A stretch of 64,000 nucleotides of DNA from Clostridia bacterium (lineage in GTDB: Bacteria; Bacillota; Clostridia; Oscillospirales; CAG-272). Below are positions 34,916 to 44,630 of this stretch, in pieces; position 1 is the stretch's first letter; each line of letters opens with the position of its first letter. The position numbers and the translations under genes are program-made. The DNA lies in assembly GCA_017407835.1 (NCBI GenBank), contig JAFQVV010000012.1:19010-83009 (forward strand), given 5' to 3'. The notes beneath the pieces are model-generated. The model saw nothing but the letters and a program-made list of their open reading frames with translations. It was not told the origin of the DNA and ran no database searches.

Positions 34916-35842
34916 ATGAAAAAAACATCTATCGGCGGTCAGGCATTGATCGAGGGTATTATGATGCGCGGTCCTGAGATGACTGCAATGGCGGTGCGCA
35001 ATCCGGAGGGGGAAATTGTGCTGGAAAAGTGGCCCACCAAATCAACCTTTAAGGGAAAATTTTTCAAACTGCCCATTATTCGGGGTGTGTTCAATTTTAT
35101 TGATTCGATGCGCTTTGGCTATAAGTGTCTGATGCGCTCTGCAGAGATTGCGGGGCTTGAAGATGAGGAGCCGAAAAAAGATGGGAAATCGGGCGGAATC
35201 GGTCAGGTGGGGATGAATATCCTGATGGTGATCAGTTCGATTCTCGGCGTTTTGCTGGCGGTGGTTCTTTTTATGTGGCTGCCTGTTCAGCTCTACAGCT
35301 GGGTTGAAGACGCGGTGCCGACAATTGACGGAAACCGTTTTCTCAAAAGTCTGTGTGAGGGCTTGCTCCGCATTGCTATATTCTTGGGCTATATGCTGCT
35401 GATGACGCGGATGAAGGATATCCGCCGCACCTTTGAATATCACGGCGCCGAGCATAAAACTATTTTCTGCTATGAAAAGGGACTGCCGCTGACGGTGGAA
35501 AATGTCCGGGAGCAGCGTCGGTTCCATCCCCGCTGCGGTACATCTTTTATGGTGCTGATGCTGATTGTCGGCATCTTTATTTCCATGTTTATCAGTCCGG
35601 ATTTGCATCCGGTTTTGCGGACAGGCATTAAGCTGCTGACCCTACCTCTGGTTGTGGGAATCGGCTATGAGCTGATCAAGCTGGCAGGGCGCGTGGACAA
35701 TTGGCTCACGCGTGCCATCTCAGCGCCCGGTACTTGGATGCAGCATCTGACGGTGCTTGAACCCGATGACGCAATGATCGAGTGTGCCATCACTGCGTTC
35801 AAAGAAGTCCTGCCCGAGGACGAAAAGCGCGCAGAGTGGTGA
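34916..35842 (+). CDS. DUF1385 domain membrane protein
   Basis: IGGQALIEGIMMRGP.., ..YHGAEHK.. and ..HPRCGTSF.. are DUF1385 hallmarks. Start is uncertain (34871 or 34916). Confidence 0.75.
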   Translation: MKKTSIGGQALIEGIMMRGPEMTAMAVRNPEGEIVLEKWPTKSTFKGKFFKLPIIRGVFNFIDSMRFGYKCLMRSAEIAGLEDEEPKKDGKSGGIGQVGMNILMVISSILGVLLAVVLFMWLPVQLYSWVEDAVPTIDGNRFLKSLCEGLLRIAIFLGYMLLMTRMKDIRRTFEYHGAEHKTIFCYEKGLPLTVENVREQRRFHPRCGTSFMVLMLIVGIFISMFISPDLHPVLRTGIKLLTLPLVVGIGYELIKLAGRVDNWLTRAISAPGTWMQHLTVLEPDDAMIECAITAFKEVLPEDEKRAEW

Positions 35843-35865
35843 TCATTTCCCCACTTTGCTGTCAC

Positions 35866-35909
35866 AAAAAGCCGAGCGCCTCAATTTGAATTGAGGCGCT
35901 CGGCTTTTT
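35866..35909. terminator. bidirectional rho-independent terminator (DUF1385 / gntR)
   Basis: aaaaagccgagcgcctcaat-ttga-attgaggcgctcggcttttt. Confidence 0.85.
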
Positions 35910-35933
35910 ATGGTGTGTTTGAAGAGATGTAAG

Positions 35934-36656
35934 TTAATTCTCGTATAAGCTGACGTTGTAGCCGTACATATCACTTCGAATTTCCAGCATATCGCAGCAG
36001 GCGGGCTTGCTGCGAATATACGAGATGCGCTTGACGCAGAGCAGGGGAAATCCGATGGGGACATTGAGGTGTGCGGCCTCGGCCTCCTCTGCGGCGCGTG
36101 CCGTAATCCGCTCCTGCGCAGTATTGAATTGGATAAAATACTTGTCGTGCAAAAGGGCGTAGAAAGACTGCATTTGAGACGCGTATCCTTCGATACCTTC
36201 GACCATAGAATAAGGCAAGTAGTTGCGGATGATGGCAATCGGTACGCCGTCCGCGCATACAATGCGCTTGATTCGTACCAGTTTGTCATTTTCGGAGAGC
36301 GAAAATTGTGTTGCGATGTCGGGAAAGTCTGCTGATGCCCGAATACTGATGTCGATGGCGCGAAGCGAGACCGAGTGCCCGCTTTCGTGAAGTGTTTGGG
36401 TGAATGAGGAGATAGTATTGAGGTTTTGCATGGTTTTGTAATCGAGTACTACCGTTCCGATGCCTTGCTTTGCACAAACAAATCCTTCGCGCGAGAGAAT
36501 ATCGATGGCGCGGCGAACGGTTGTTCGGCTGACACCGAACAGTTTTTCCAGCATGGGCTCAGGCGGGAGAAGACTTCCGACAGGATATTGTTCGTTCATA
36601 ATACGCGACTTGATGGCTTCGTAAACCACAAGATAAGCGGGGGGATTCTTCTTCAT
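35934..36656 (-). CDS. GntR family transcriptional regulator (HutC subfamily, UTRA domain)
   Basis: N-terminal winged helix (LPPEPMLEKLFGVSRTTVRRAIDILSREGF) plus a ~140-aa UTRA-type effector domain. Confidence 0.85.
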   Translation of the reverse strand: MKKNPPAYLVVYEAIKSRIMNEQYPVGSLLPPEPMLEKLFGVSRTTVRRAIDILSREGFVCAKQGIGTVVLDYKTMQNLNTISSFTQTLHESGHSVSLRAIDISIRASADFPDIATQFSLSENDKLVRIKRIVCADGVPIAIIRNYLPYSMVEGIEGYASQMQSFYALLHDKYFIQFNTAQERITARAAEEAEAAHLNVPIGFPLLCVKRISYIRSKPACCDMLEIRSDMYGYNVSLYEN

Positions 36657-36705
36657 GACGAAACTCCTTCACGTTTGGATGGTGAATATGAGATTGCGTT
36701 GAGGA

Positions 36706-37782
36706 TTATTGCTCATCATCAAACATCGCAAGCTGATTGCCTGCTGCTGATGCCGATGAGGGGGACTCGGGGGGGCGAAGCCCAAGATGCAGATAGGCGG
36801 GGGCGGTGACACAGCGGCCTCTGGGTGTACGGTTCAAAAACCCGATTTGCATCAGATAAGGTTCGTACACATCCTCAAGGGTAATGGCCTCTTCACCAAC
36901 GGTTGCCGCCAGTGTTTCCAGTCCAACGGGACCTCCGCCGTAGAATTTGATGATGGTCTCAAGCATACGACGGTCGGTATTGTCCAGTCCAAGTTCATCG
37001 ATTTCCAGCTTACCGAGCGCATATGCGGTAATCTCTCGATCAATTGCTTCTTTGCCTGCAACCTGTGCAAAATCGCGTACACGCTTGAGCAGGCGGTTGG
37101 CAATACGCGGCGTGCCGCGCGAGCGAGAAGCCAGCTCCTTTGCGCCGTCCTCGGTGATGGGGAGCCCCAGAATGCCCGCACTGCGGCGGACAATGGTTGC
37201 CAGCTCGTCGATGGTGTAAAGCTCAAGCTTGAGCAGGACACCGAAGCGGTCACGCAGCGGCGTGGTCAACTGTCCCGCGCGCGTGGTGGCACCGATCAGC
37301 GTGAAATGGGGAAGATCGATGCGAATGCTTCGTGCTGCCGGTCCTTTGCCGATAATGATATCCAGCGCGTAATCCTCCATGGCGGGATAGAGAATCTCCT
37401 CGATGGATCGGGACATCCGGTGGATCTCGTCGATGAAGAGCACATCGCCCTCGTTGAGATTGGTCAGCAGCGCCGCAAGGTCGCCCTGCTTTTCGATGGC
37501 AGGTCCCGAGGTGACGCGGATGTTCACCCCCATCTCGGCGGCGATGATGTTGGAGAGGGTGGTCTTACCGAGCCCGGGAGGGCCGTAGAGCAGGACATGG
37601 TCAAGCGATTCTCCCCGCAGACGGGCGGCGTCAATATAAATTTTGAGATTTTCTTTTGCTTTTGCCTGTCCGATATATTCGTCAAGCGTGCGCGGACGCA
37701 GAGATAGCTCGACATCGGCATCGGAGGCATTGTATTCGGTGGAAATGATGCGGTTTTCAAAATCGAATTCGGTCTCAGTCAT
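36706..37782 (-). CDS. ruvB: Holliday junction branch migration DNA helicase RuvB
   Basis: [12 protein letters not shown], Walker [10 protein letters not shown], Walker B LFIDEIHR, and the winged-helix C-terminus. Confidence 0.95.
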   Translation of the reverse strand: MTETEFDFENRIISTEYNASDADVELSLRPRTLDEYIGQAKAKENLKIYIDAARLRGESLDHVLLYGPPGLGKTTLSNIIAAEMGVNIRVTSGPAIEKQGDLAALLTNLNEGDVLFIDEIHRMSRSIEEILYPAMEDYALDIIIGKGPAARSIRIDLPHFTLIGATTRAGQLTTPLRDRFGVLLKLELYTIDELATIVRRSAGILGLPITEDGAKELASRSRGTPRIANRLLKRVRDFAQVAGKEAIDREITAYALGKLEIDELGLDNTDRRMLETIIKFYGGGPVGLETLAATVGEEAITLEDVYEPYLMQIGFLNRTPRGRCVTAPAYLHLGLRPPESPSSASAAGNQLAMFDDEQ

Positions 37783-37818
37783 ACTTCCTCCGTGAAACGT
37801 GTAGTGTGGGGCGGGGAA

Positions 37819-38436
37819 TTACTTCATCAGCTTTTTCAGCGCGGTGCGGATGATGTCCTCCAGCTCCATGCCCGACGTGTCAATGGTACGCAGGGCACCA
37901 AGTGCTTCGGCGCGGGTGTAGCCGAGAACAATAAGCGCATCCTGTGCCTCGGTCAGACGATTGGTGGATGTGCCCGGCTTGATGGTTTCCAGCGCGGCGG
38001 CGGTGGTGCTTTCCTCTTTGGATTCGCGCAGGAGCTTATCCTTGAGTTCAAGGACAATGCGTGCCGCCGTTTTGGCACCAACCCCCGATGCTTTTGAGAG
38101 TGTGCGTGTGTCCTCGCTGCAGACAGCGAGGGCAAATTTCTCGGGGGTGAGCAGTGACAGGATCGCCATTGCCGCCTTCGGACCGACACCCGATACCGAG
38201 ATCAGAAGCTTGAAGGCAGAGAGCTCCTCGTTTGTGGCAAAGCCGAAAAGCTCTACGGCGTCCTCACGGACTGCCATGTGGGTGAAAAGCCGAGCCTGTG
38301 GCATCGGCTGCGCGGGGCGAGGCAGGGCATCGTGGGTTGTTTGGCTGATGGTCAGCCGATAACCGACACCGCCTGCATCAATGACGGCGGTGTTGGCATC
38401 AAGCAGTGCGAGTCCGCCAGAGATATAGTAGAACAT
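37819..38436 (-). CDS. ruvA: Holliday junction DNA-binding protein RuvA
   Basis: MFYYISG..VGY.L.IS, HhH motifs (LISVSGVGPKAAMAILS, SKASGVGAKTAARIV) and domain III. Confidence 0.9.
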   Translation of the reverse strand: MFYYISGGLALLDANTAVIDAGGVGYRLTISQTTHDALPRPAQPMPQARLFTHMAVREDAVELFGFATNEELSAFKLLISVSGVGPKAAMAILSLLTPEKFALAVCSEDTRTLSKASGVGAKTAARIVLELKDKLLRESKEESTTAAALETIKPGTSTNRLTEAQDALIVLGYTRAEALGALRTIDTSGMELEDIIRTALKKLMK

Positions 38437-41252
38437 TATAGATTCTCCTTGTTGTCCTCGATGGGCGAATCGACAATCGGCACAGAGATATCGTTGAGCT
38501 CTGCGGCGATCTCTTCGAGGGTGTACAGCTCTTCCTCAGCGCCGTTCTGTGCAGAACGCATCGGATGACGGCGGCGCCAGATCGGCTCAAGGATGCAGAG
38601 TGCAATGAAAATAACTGTGGAGACAATCGTACAGATCATGCCGTAGGTGAATGCCTTCGGCTCGTATTTCAGCTCAAGGGTGTGCGTACCGGGGGTGGTG
38701 TCAAAGGCGATGAGTGCATCAAGTGTTTTATAAATTTCAACCGGCTCACCGTCAACCAGTACGGTCCAACCTTCATCGTAGGGAATCGTGGTCTGTACAA
38801 CGGACGCTTCTGCCGTTGTGGTAATTGTACCGGTAAAGTGATCTTCACTGTAGTCACTGTCGATGATATAGTTGCCCGCTGCCAGCTGCGAGAAAGCATC
38901 GGCAACAGCATCCATGTCGATGGCATAGAAGAAGGTTTTGTCCTCGAAAACATAGAGGTTGTCCTGTTTGATGGTTACCGTAACACGCACCTCTTCTCCG
39001 GCACTGAAGCTGCCCAGCGATAGGATTCGGGTCGTCTCGTTGCCGTAGAAAGTATCCAGATTTGAACCGTTGACTTTCAGGGCAACCTCACGCGGATAAT
39101 TGCTGGGGAGATATAAGAAGATCTCTCTGTCGTCAGGGGCGGTGAAGGTGTAGTAGATGTTGGCATCCTTGCTCTTGTTGGTCGGCGCATATGCCACGTG
39201 TCCTTCGGCATAAGAGACAGTGCAGTTATCATTGGTGGTACCCGTACGTTCGATCGGAGTGAAGAGATCGACGCTGTCGGTGCCGAGCATTGTACCCACC
39301 AGCGCATTGAGTCGGTCAAAGGGATTGTTGTAATCGCTCAGATCCGTGTCCTTGATGTCATCGCTGACGGCATATGCCAATGAGAGTGCATAAGGGTTGA
39401 GATATGCAGTATAGTTGCCCTCGGTGTAAGCAGCGGTATAGTAATCGCTGAGATCTTTGTCCGAGATAATATATTTCAGCCCGAGCAGCGAGTCGTTGAC
39501 GGGGGTTCCGCCCAGATATTTCGTCCAGTGCGAGCGGGAGGAATAGCCCATGCGGGCGAGGAATTGAATGGTTTCGGCGTTGAGTGTGGAGGTCGAATTG
39601 GTCAGACCGCGAATTTGCAGCGCCATATTATCGTTGGTCTTTCGGTGCTCGGTTTTTTCCATGCGGTAGAACGAGGTGTCGTTTTCCTGTACCGTCTCGG
39701 TAATGGGACGGATCTTGTCCATAAAATCCACATAAGAGGCATAGGAAGAATAGTAAACGTCATCATCCAGCGCCACCATATTGGTCAGCCCTGCGCAGAA
39801 GACCTCAAGACAGACCAGAATAACGGCAATCAATGCGGCATTTTCCCGATATTCCCGCCGGAAGGACATACAAAGCACCACAAGATAAAGCATGATGCAG
39901 AAGAGCGAGAACCAGATTGCCTCGAAATCGGGCATATTTTCATATTCGAGCTTCTGCGCGATAAGCAGAATCAGACAGAGGAAAGCGCAGATCGCGAGAA
40001 TGGTGCGGGGTGTGTTGTCCTTGAGGTGAATATATGCGCGGTAGGCGAGCACCAGAAGGAAGAAGCAGAGCATGAAGCTGTAGCGATAGTTGAGCCAGTT
40101 GGGACGCTGAAAGCCGTGCCAAACCAAATCAAGGGTAGTGATGTTGAAGCTGATGATGAAAATGCCAATCACTACACCTGCCATTACCTTTTGGCGCACC
40201 GTGAAACGGCGGCTCATAAAATAGAGCGGAACGAGAATAAGGGTGAGCAGTCCGCAATAGACGAAGGGATGCCCCTCGGGGCGGACGGTGTCAAAGGAGC
40301 CGGGGAAGAATTTGACGAGCAGATCAAAGAAATCGAACTGCTGTCCGAGTGCGAAGCTTGGATTGGTGAAGGTCGTCTTGCCGAAGGTCAGCGCATAATA
40401 GGCGGTGGCGATGATGACCATTGCCATGCCGACACCGATTGCCGAGAAGCCGGCGATCCGTCCGAATGACTTGAGAAAATGCCGTTTTTCCAGACAGGGA
40501 TTATTTCGGTTGTCTTCATTGTTGGCAAAATAGTAGTAGAAGAAGTAGATGATGACATACAGGCAGCACATATAGCCGATGTAGAAATTACTCATCAGGC
40601 AAATGGCGAGCGAGAAAACATACAGCTTGAACTTGCCGTGCTTGATGAGCTGCTCAATGCCGAGGGTGATCATGGGCAGCCAGATGAGGGCATCGATCCA
40701 CATGGTGTTGTGCTGCTGCACCACGGCGTAGCCCGAGAGGGCATAAAGAATAGAGAACGTGATCACCGCTGCTTTGCTGAGCTTTTCGGTGGTGCGGTGC
40801 AGATAATAGCCGAACGAGAATCCGCAGCAGCCGGTTTTGAGCAGGAAAATGCAGAGCAGGGCGTCGAGGATCTTTTCTTTGGGGAAGAGTGCAACGAGAT
40901 AAGAGAAAGGAGACGCGATATAATAGGCATAGATGCCCATAAATTCGCCGCCCAGTGAGCGGGAGAAAGAATAGAGCAGGCTTCCATCACCGTAGATGAA
41001 ATTACGCAGTGCTTCGAAAAAGTACACATATTGCGCATTGAGGTCGAGAATCAGCACTGAACGAATGCCGAAAGGGTGAATCTCCATGGCGATATACAGA
41101 ATGTACATGATGGCAAAAGGAATAAAGAAGGCAAGCATAAGATACATATACTGGTTGCCGCGCAGAAGATTCCGCAGACGGCCTGACTTGCGGCGTTGTG
41201 TTGTTGTCGGGATGCCGGGCTGATCGATTGTGGGGTGTTTATCGTTGGTCAA
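38436..41252 (-). CDS. YfhO family membrane glycosyltransferase-like protein
   Basis: 938 aa. About 13 N-terminal TM helices plus a large C-terminal extracytoplasmic domain and a terminal TM, the YfhO architecture. TTG start overlaps the DUF951 stop (TTGA). Its stop overlaps the ruvA ATG by 1 nt (TAATG). Confidence 0.75.
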   Translation of the reverse strand: MTNDKHPTIDQPGIPTTTQRRKSGRLRNLLRGNQYMYLMLAFFIPFAIMYILYIAMEIHPFGIRSVLILDLNAQYVYFFEALRNFIYGDGSLLYSFSRSLGGEFMGIYAYYIASPFSYLVALFPKEKILDALLCIFLLKTGCCGFSFGYYLHRTTEKLSKAAVITFSILYALSGYAVVQQHNTMWIDALIWLPMITLGIEQLIKHGKFKLYVFSLAICLMSNFYIGYMCCLYVIIYFFYYYFANNEDNRNNPCLEKRHFLKSFGRIAGFSAIGVGMAMVIIATAYYALTFGKTTFTNPSFALGQQFDFFDLLVKFFPGSFDTVRPEGHPFVYCGLLTLILVPLYFMSRRFTVRQKVMAGVVIGIFIISFNITTLDLVWHGFQRPNWLNYRYSFMLCFFLLVLAYRAYIHLKDNTPRTILAICAFLCLILLIAQKLEYENMPDFEAIWFSLFCIMLYLVVLCMSFRREYRENAALIAVILVCLEVFCAGLTNMVALDDDVYYSSYASYVDFMDKIRPITETVQENDTSFYRMEKTEHRKTNDNMALQIRGLTNSTSTLNAETIQFLARMGYSSRSHWTKYLGGTPVNDSLLGLKYIISDKDLSDYYTAAYTEGNYTAYLNPYALSLAYAVSDDIKDTDLSDYNNPFDRLNALVGTMLGTDSVDLFTPIERTGTTNDNCTVSYAEGHVAYAPTNKSKDANIYYTFTAPDDREIFLYLPSNYPREVALKVNGSNLDTFYGNETTRILSLGSFSAGEEVRVTVTIKQDNLYVFEDKTFFYAIDMDAVADAFSQLAAGNYIIDSDYSEDHFTGTITTTAEASVVQTTIPYDEGWTVLVDGEPVEIYKTLDALIAFDTTPGTHTLELKYEPKAFTYGMICTIVSTVIFIALCILEPIWRRRHPMRSAQNGAEEELYTLEEIAAELNDISVPIVDSPIEDNKENL

Positions 41253-41497
41253 GATTGAGAACCGTCCTTTCCGATGGTTTCGTTGGGGTGTTTGGCCGAG
41301 GTGCTTTCTGCAGAGGAGACAACGCGCTTTACCGCACGCTCAAGCTTGAGCCGGTCAAGGACAAGGTCGCGTCCGCATCCGCAGCAGACGATGCGCACAT
41401 CGCTTCCGACCCGAAGAACGCGGAATTGACGTGTGCCGCAGGGATGCACTTTTTTGAGTTCGAGAATGTCTCCCGTGTGCAATTTGAGAATGTCCAT
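41249..41497 (-). CDS. DUF951 family protein
   Basis: 82 aa. GGAGGTGAGG RBS. GDILELKKVHPCGTRQFRVLRVGSDVRIVCCGCGRDLVLDR matches the DUF951 pattern. The upstream extension in the track is rejected. Confidence 0.7.
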   Translation of the reverse strand: MDILKLHTGDILELKKVHPCGTRQFRVLRVGSDVRIVCCGCGRDLVLDRLKLERAVKRVVSSAESTSAKHPNETIGKDGSQS

Positions 41498-41534
41498 GCG
41501 CCTCACCTCCCCAAAATGGATATAACTAATATAC

Positions 41535-41563
41535 AGTATACCATATTTCGCCGATTTTGTAAA
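41535..41563 (-). promoter_or_regulatory. sigma-A-type promoter of the DUF951-yfhO-ruvAB operon
   Basis: On the minus strand: TTTACA (41563-41558), 17-nt spacer, TATACT (41540-41535), with an extended -10 TG. It lies directly after the upstream terminator. Confidence 0.6.
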
Positions 41564-41573
41564 CCTTAATCTT

Positions 41574-41620
41574 ACAAAAAACCGGAGACATCGCGTTGTT
41601 TTTCGCGATGTCTCCGGTTT
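41574..41620 (-). terminator. rho-independent terminator after the 144-aa helical protein gene
   Basis: On the minus strand: aaaccggagacatcgcg-aaaaacaa-cgcgatgtctccggttt followed by tttttg. Confidence 0.8.
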
Positions 41621-41656
41621 GCGCGGCTCTGTTTGTTCTCTTTTTCTGCAAAGCAC

Positions 41657-42091
41657 TCACAGGTACTGCCGGATATCCACACACAGCTGTTCTTCTGCGT
41701 TGATCAGCCGCTTGGCGATATCTTTGCTGCGCTCGTCGGCTGCTTTATATTGATTGAGATATCGGTTGAGTGATTTTACCCCCATGTTGCAGCCGTCGGT
41801 CAGCAGATCGGCGATGGTTTTGTCCGAATCGTTCATGCTCATCTTGAAATTTGTTTTCATCCACGACATGCCCTTGGCTACGGGAGAGGGGGCTTTGCCG
41901 TCATCGTGATATTGTGCAAGCATGGAGGTGGCCTCTGCCTGCAGATTTTCATGCTCCCGCTTGCAGCCGATCAGCCGCTGACGAAAACTCTCATTGTGCA
42001 CATCATTCAATACATCTTCGATGGATGAAACGCCCATTTTAATGCCTGCGTCACATTCGCGCAGAAGCTTGATGGTATCTTGTTCGATCAT
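41657..42091 (-). CDS. hypothetical all-helical protein (four-helix-bundle, DUF2383/ferritin-like?)
   Basis: 144 aa with GGAGGAAA RBS and a strong terminator. Helical heptad-like composition. The family assignment is a weak recollection. Confidence 0.45.
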   Translation of the reverse strand: MIEQDTIKLLRECDAGIKMGVSSIEDVLNDVHNESFRQRLIGCKREHENLQAEATSMLAQYHDDGKAPSPVAKGMSWMKTNFKMSMNDSDKTIADLLTDGCNMGVKSLNRYLNQYKAADERSKDIAKRLINAEEQLCVDIRQYL

Positions 42092-42180
42092 AATTTCCTC
42101 CGTTTTTTGGCGATACGGAGATAGTATGCCGCGAAATGTGATGTACTATACCGAGGGGAAAGTGCTGCATGATCGCTTTT

Positions 42181-43086
42181 TTATCCGATTAGGGTTGGGG
42201 CAACAAAGAGCATTTCGCGAACCCCTGCATAGAGCTCGAACATTTCGGAGGATTCTCCGCAGTATACGGTGAATGCCGGAAGCGAAAAGGCTTCGGCTGC
42301 CCAGTCGCAGAAACGACTGCCGTCCGAGAATTCAAGCGGAATCCCGCATAGCCGCCCCAGCATCCGTCCAAGCCCGACTGTCTTTCGGTCGGCGGATTTT
42401 GCACAGATCACCCGCCGCGGTCCGCAGCACAGCTCAATCACCATACCAATGTCTCCTCGGCATCGAAGCAGCCGTCCCACTGCGGCGCTCTCGGGCTCGG
42501 ACTCGGGCGACTCTCCGCACCAACCCGCCGTCATGCCGCATTCTGCTGCTGCCGTCAATGCCTCGGTTTTCCGGGTGGAAAAATCGGCGGTGGCATAGTT
42601 AAGATCAAGCGCAACACCTCGTGCATTGCCTGTCCATGCCGAAAAATCCTCGCTTCCGGCATTGAGGGCGAGCAGTCGTCTGTGCAGAATGTGTTCTGCA
42701 TCAACCCCATGCAGAGTATATCCGATACCGTCGGGATTGAGCATCGGCAATAGTTCGATTCGCCGAAGCTCGGTGAGATAATTAAGATTATAGCCAAATA
42801 TCCGGCCCCGCCGCAGGTGCAGTTCACAGTATTCATTGATAAAACGAGTCAAAACAGCGGTGCTCAGACGATCGGCGCCGGAGCGGCCGCCCAGGTAAAT
42901 GACGGTTGGTTTTCCCCTGCCAAGTCCGAGCAGAGACAGCTCCCGCCCGAGCATACTTCTGCCGAGGGTGTTGTGTTCAATGAGGGGGTAGCGTGCGCAG
43001 AGCAGAGAGAGTGCATGTTCGAAGTTGTCCGCGTCAGGTGGGGAGAGCGGATCGAGAATTCGTTTTTGGGTGTTGGGTTCAGGCAT
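42181..43086 (-). CDS. M14 carboxypeptidase-like protein with degenerate active site
   Basis: M14 landmarks are present: LPMLNPDG, WTGNARGV.LDLN and GESPESEPES. No HxxE occurs anywhere in the protein. The expected zinc-ligand positions read GGRSGADRLS and VIELCCGP. Confidence 0.65.
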   Translation of the reverse strand: MPEPNTQKRILDPLSPPDADNFEHALSLLCARYPLIEHNTLGRSMLGRELSLLGLGRGKPTVIYLGGRSGADRLSTAVLTRFINEYCELHLRRGRIFGYNLNYLTELRRIELLPMLNPDGIGYTLHGVDAEHILHRRLLALNAGSEDFSAWTGNARGVALDLNYATADFSTRKTEALTAAAECGMTAGWCGESPESEPESAAVGRLLRCRGDIGMVIELCCGPRRVICAKSADRKTVGLGRMLGRLCGIPLEFSDGSRFCDWAAEAFSLPAFTVYCGESSEMFELYAGVREMLFVAPTLIG

Positions 43087-43220
43087 GATTTTTTCCTTTC
43101 CTACAGTTGCGTGTTGCTCCATTGTATGCAAAAAAGAGAAAAATGTTTACAAAAATATGTGGCATTTGGCGCGCAGATGTGGTAAACTATTAAGACAATA
43201 CTACAGAAGAGGATTTGACA

Positions 43221-43937
43221 ATGTCTACAATACATACCGAGCGCCGACGCGCGCTCTTCATTCTGTTTCTTCTTACCTTTGGTCTGCACGCCCTCCGCTC
43301 TTTTGTGATCTGCCCGCTGAAAGTTGTGGCAGGCACGGATGTTGCTTACATGGCAACCGCTTGGCCCATCGTTTTGGATGTGCTTGCCGATCTGCTGCAG
43401 ATGGCAGTGGTGTATATCGCATTTTCCTTTGTCCTGCGATATATTTTCGCGGGCGGTCTGCGCGCGGCGATGCCTTTTGCACTCATCTATATTGCCGCCT
43501 TCATCTTCGGCACAGTAGGAAATTTTTTGATGGATATGCTGCAGTGGAACATGGGGGAATATTATCAGCTTTTGCTGCTCCCCGTGATATCGGGCATTTT
43601 GCAGGAGCTGCTTCAGCTCGTGATCGTTATTTTCGCGGCCCTGTTGGTTACACGCAGAAGCACCGCGCCGATTGCTGTACCCGAGAGGCTGTTTTCGTTC
43701 TCCAATCCGGTGCAGCGTGCTGCTTTGATTGCCGTTGCCGTGACTGCCGTGTTCCGCCTGACCGCACGCATTATTTTTGATGTGGATGCGGGAATGCCGA
43801 CCTCGGGTGCCGAGCTGGCCGAAATGGTGGGCGGATATGCAAGCGATCTGCTGATCCCGCTTCTCGGTTATCTTGGTATGGTTTTGTGGATGATGCACGA
43901 GCCCAAGCAGAAAACAGAATCCTCTGCGCAGACTTGA
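43221..43937 (+). CDS. hypothetical polytopic membrane protein
   Basis: GAGGA RBS 7 nt before the ATG at 43221. About 6 hydrophobic helices, with a terminator downstream. No family recognised. Confidence 0.55.
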   Translation: MSTIHTERRRALFILFLLTFGLHALRSFVICPLKVVAGTDVAYMATAWPIVLDVLADLLQMAVVYIAFSFVLRYIFAGGLRAAMPFALIYIAAFIFGTVGNFLMDMLQWNMGEYYQLLLLPVISGILQELLQLVIVIFAALLVTRRSTAPIAVPERLFSFSNPVQRAALIAVAVTAVFRLTARIIFDVDAGMPTSGAELAEMVGGYASDLLIPLLGYLGMVLWMMHEPKQKTESSAQT

Positions 43938-43959
43938 TTGCAGGTGCAGAGTTTCATAC

Positions 43960-43995
43960 GGTGCTGCCGCATTGGTAATGCGGCAGCACCTTTTC
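43960..43995 (+). terminator. rho-independent terminator after the 43221-43937 membrane protein gene
   Basis: ggtgctgccgcat-tggta-atgcggcagcacc followed by ttttcgttt. Confidence 0.8.
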
Positions 43996-44044
43996 GTTTA
44001 CGGCGGTTTCTGCATCGTTGTGCGAAGAATCTTGTTGTCCCGTC

Positions 44045-44073
44045 TTGACGTGTACGCGATTTTGTGTTATACT
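44045..44073 (+). promoter_or_regulatory. sigma-A-type promoter of ruvC
   Basis: TTGACG, 17-nt spacer, TATACT, with an extended -10 TG. Confidence 0.6.
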
Positions 44074-44110
44074 ATTATAATGGTAAAATCTATCAAGAAA
44101 GGCAGAAGCC

Positions 44111-44611
44111 ATGATTATTCTCGGTATCGATCCCGGACTTGCGATTGTGGGTTGGGGTGTCATCGAATACAACGGAAACCGCTTTCGTACCCTCGGCTAC
44201 GGCTCGATTCAAACCCCGAAGACCGAGACGACTTCAAAGCGGCTTGTCGATATATACAATGCACTCTGCGACATCATTGACCGCTATCATCCCGAGCAGA
44301 TCGCGGTGGAGGAGCTGTTCTGGAATACCAACGTCACAACGGGTATCCGCGTGGCTGAGGCGAGGGGTGTGATTCTCCTCTGCGCGCAGCAGAAGGGACT
44401 TGTGATGCAGGAATATACGCCCATGCAGGTCAAGGGGGCAGTGGTGGGGTACGGCAAGGCGGAGAAAAAGCAGGTCATTACCATGGTGACGATGCTTCTG
44501 GGGCTGCGTGAGCCGCCCAAGCCCGACGATACCGCCGATGCCCTTGCTATTGCCGTTTGCCATGCCCACAGCGCGGGAAGTGCGCTGTCGGCTTATTATA
44601 ATCAACCGTAA
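44111..44611 (+). CDS. ruvC: crossover junction endodeoxyribonuclease RuvC
   Basis: MIILGIDPGLAIVGWGVI.., ..VEELF.. and ..PKPDDTADALAIAVCH are the RuvC catalytic acidic motifs. Confidence 0.9.
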   Translation: MIILGIDPGLAIVGWGVIEYNGNRFRTLGYGSIQTPKTETTSKRLVDIYNALCDIIDRYHPEQIAVEELFWNTNVTTGIRVAEARGVILLCAQQKGLVMQEYTPMQVKGAVVGYGKAEKKQVITMVTMLLGLREPPKPDDTADALAIAVCHAHSAGSALSAYYNQP

Positions 44612-44630
44612 TACAGGAGACAATAAATAT

